A stretch of 62,988 nt of DNA, filler included, from Perkinsus chesapeaki ATCC PRA-425 (taxonomy: Eukaryota > Protista > Perkinsozoa), in the NCBI GenBank assembly GCA_013115145.1. It is 5 parts of 5 records of this genome, joined end to end, with 100 filler letters (N's around TTAATTAATTAA, not from the genome) between each part and the next. Parts side by side here need not be neighbours in the genome. Positions count along the whole stretch, not along the records: positions 59,649 to 61,104 come from JAAPAO010001951.1; positions 61,205 to 62,988 come from JAAPAO010001785.1; 3 more parts are not named here. One strand, written 5' to 3'. Below the pieces are notes generated by a model. It was not told the origin of the DNA. It did no database searches and worked only from the letters and a program-made list of their open reading frames with translations. How positions within the stretch are numbered: position 1 is the stretch's first letter; every line of letters starts with the position of its first letter. Shown in pieces: positions 60,263 to 62,988 of this stretch. The position numbers and the translations under genes were made by a program.

Positions 60263-60632
60263 TACAATTTTCAGCATTCGTCCACTCGTTTTGCCTGTGA
60301 AAGGGCGTTCGGTGTGCTCAAGAGCCGCTGGAGAAGAATAGTCGCTGCAGGTCACGTTGCATAATACGTATAGAAGGTGCGGCTGGTGGTCTTTTCAAGC
60401 TAACGACTATGTAGACCCAGAGGTCCTACGAGCGATCCACAGGGAAAACGAGGACGACGATGACCAAATAGATTTCGATGCACAACCAGTGGGCTTGCGA
60501 GACAGTGTCGAACGAGACGCCCTTAGGGATGAGCCTCGGGACTCCCGAGTCGGGAGTTGCAGAATGCAGGGAACGCATTGGAATTCCGCCAGCTGGCTCG
60601 GGCTCCATGGGACCGAGTTGCCAATTGGCTAG
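60263..60632 (+). mobile_element. PIF/Harbinger (DDE_Tnp_4-like) transposase C-terminal remnant
   Basis: YNFQHSSTRFACERAFGVLKSRWRRI, then (frameshifted) VTLHN and an acidic tail. This fits the HS..R..VE.AFG.LK.RW...LHN signature. Confidence 0.75.
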
Positions 60633-61299
60633 CCTTTGTCCGGCAGGCTCAGATGGGAGTAATGAATTGACGATTAGCTTCCTCGCGTTTTTTTCTGTCA
60701 TTACTAGTAGCAGTTGATAAGTAGCCTATTGGTCAATTAGAATGCTATGTCAATTACTTTAACATTAGTAGAAACCTGACAGGAGTTGTAAAACTATCCG
60801 TTAAGCTAGTCATACCTAGTTGGGGAGACACGTGCCATCACGCGTCACGAAATGTTCGGAAGGGGTTTTCCACATTCTGAAATATTGCATTCTGGAATGA
60901 GTTTCAGAATCAATTTTGAAATTCTCCGACCATGTTCAGAATGATTCCGAAGCTAATTCTGGAATCAATTCTGGAACCACTTCTCTGCGCGCGTTTTTTA
61001 CAAAGCTTATTCCGGAATCAGTTCTGAATTTCTGAGGGTTAACGCAGTTGACCAAGTTTACTCGGGATGACTGCCGGGTTTGTGGCATGGATTCTTTAGA
61101 GTGCNNNNNNNNNNNNNNNNNNNNNNNNNNNNNNNNNNNNNNNNNNNNTTAATTAATTAANNNNNNNNNNNNNNNNNNNNNNNNNNNNNNNNNNNNNNNN
61201 NNNNGAACACAACAAAACAGACGACGCAGAAACAACGAACAGAGTCAATCTCAGTCTAGTAAACTCGGACATGTTTCCTTTTTGCCTCTTCGACAAGGC

Positions 61300-62621
61300 T
61301 GCTATCTGGTCCACTTTTAATTGGTGGCATAGTATACAGGCTATATCCGACAAGTCTCAATCTCAGACGTAATGTTAGAGGGCCAGAATAAATCTCTCCC
61401 CAAGCCCTTCGGATCGTCAGTATTAAACCGGTACAGGGCGAGAGTCCTTCACAACGGCCCGTACACAGCAGCATTAGGAGGCATGCCGGGTGAGAATGCA
61501 GAAATCGAAAAATGCCTGAATAAGACGCATCACAGTAAAAGTCTTTTACTAAAGGAAACAACTACAGATGCTTTTCAGCACGTTGAGAAACGAAGTCGTT
61601 CACCAAAGTACGTAGTACGAAACCTAAGTCTCAGCGCGCTGCTTATTCGCACCAACTGTGGGAATTCCAATCGGAGCCCTGCTAACGGTATAAGGAATAA
61701 AGCGATGATCTGTACCCAATCAAATGCCCGCCAAGCCGAGTCATCCACATAGCATAGGCCTCTCGCTCCTTTCAGCATTCTGCTCCAAACGATTCTCCTC
61801 TGCACCCTGTGAGCCGCCGCGTTATACCGCGAAAAGGCTAAGCATGACGATAATATATCAAATGGAAGATAGTTGTCCCACAGGACCGACTCCTGCTGGT
61901 TCGTTGACGCCGGATCTGACACAGCGAACCATTTGTTTTCCTCTGGGTCCGTGCTCAGCGAGCGGTAGGCGTTCTTGACATCGTACTGTAATATTCTCGC
62001 GTGTGGTAATGTCAGTCCGTCGGGAACTCCCGCACTACCTCTTTTCCCACATTTAACACACTCCGTTGCAAATCGTCCAATCTCGCATTCTCGGTAATGT
62101 TCTGTTGACGCCACTCACCCTATAGTTTGAAACCGTCCGCACCTTCGTCTTAGAGGAATCTTTGAAAGTACTAAACAGCGGTGTCAACACTTTGATGTCG
62201 CTACGATTTGCCTCTTGTAAAGATATCCTTTCCATGCGCGCCGCCTCCAATTAGTCGTCTATTTTTTCAAAGTCGGATCCAACAATTCTGGCCTCAATCT
62301 AGTCGGCGCATGTGTCTGGCCATCCCACTCCACCAAATCTGTCGGTTCCCCTTCACGCAAGGGCTTGATGGTACAACTCGGCCAACATCCCGGGCACCCA
62401 ACCATGGGTTCCAGCAAACCTACGGCAGTTCCTCCCATGACCCCGGCTGCCCCGTAGGAGTCCTCACTGGCCCCAGCGACTGATGTCGCTTTGCTCAATA
62501 CTTCACAGAGCCTGCCTCTCAGTGAGGACCTCCTCGACGCTGTCTCCATGAGCGTCTCGACCTGCCCGTATCCCTGCTCGGAGAGAACCGATGCTAAATT
62601 GAAAGTGAGATCATCCGCCAC
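61300..62621 (-). mobile_element. Degenerate reverse transcriptase, DIRS/Ngaro (tyrosine-recombinase retrotransposon)-like
   Basis: TPLFSTFKDSSKTKVRTVSNYRVSGVN, YDVKNAYRSL, YLPFD (LPFG-like), CYVDD; broken by stops and frameshifts. Confidence 0.7.
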
Positions 62622-62685
62622 CTCCTGGAGACCGAGTTCGACCCACTTCTCCTTGTAAGCCCGCTGCTTATTCCTATTTGCATTC

Positions 62686-62761
62686 CCGAGCTCCCCAAGG
62701 AAGCACTTGACCTCCTTGCCTGCCCGAACTCCCCAAGGAAGCGCTTGACCTCCTTGCCTGC
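62686..62761. repeat. 38-bp tandem duplication
   Basis: CCGA(G/A)CTCCCCAAGGAAGC(A/G)CTTGACCTCCTTGCCTGC twice. Confidence 0.9.
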
Positions 62762-62988
62762 CCAGTTAGCGGCAGTGTCAAATATACAATCGGCTTTTTT
62801 TTCGAACACCACCGGATCCGCCGCCATATCCCAGATTCAATCTGGCGTACAACCTGGCAGACTGTACGCCGAGAGGTTCCACATCTCCATTGTTGGAAGA
62901 CCTGATCCGTCCAAAAGCGGAGACTCGCTATGAGGGAAATTGATCACCTTATCCACATAATCCTCTCAACTAAGATCATCACTTCCAA

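Overview
Eukaryotic genomic DNA with short GT-AG introns. Gene content and style suggest a Perkinsus-like alveolate (inference, no search run). The window is five contigs joined by 100-bp N linkers containing TTAATTAATTAA (19954-20053, 36483-36582, 59549-59648, 61105-61204), so adjacency across linkers is unreliable. Contig 1 (1-19953) holds a tandem array of six ~148-aa intronless secreted-protein genes of unknown function (one disrupted), then poorly resolved multi-exon genes. Contig 2 (20054-36482) is the most interesting part. It has five consecutive minus-strand genes: TRM11; a Moco-biosynthesis fusion with the architecture MoeA(E)-DUF1244-MogA(G); an intronless protein with three cytochrome b5 domains (one degenerate) fused to a bacterial b558-type SdhC-like membrane domain; a bZIP with two C-terminal TM segments; and an ATP-grasp-like protein. 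These are followed by the divergently transcribed N-terminus of a soluble Osm1/Frd1-type fumarate reductase. Contig 3 (36583-59548) has four type-B carboxylesterase copies with swapped N-termini, a Ser-rich tail-anchored protein and a family A DNA polymerase. Contigs 4-5 carry a PIF/Harbinger transposase remnant and a DIRS/Ngaro-type reverse transcriptase remnant. No rRNA, tRNA or CRISPR array was recognised. All family assignments come from motif recognition, not database searches.
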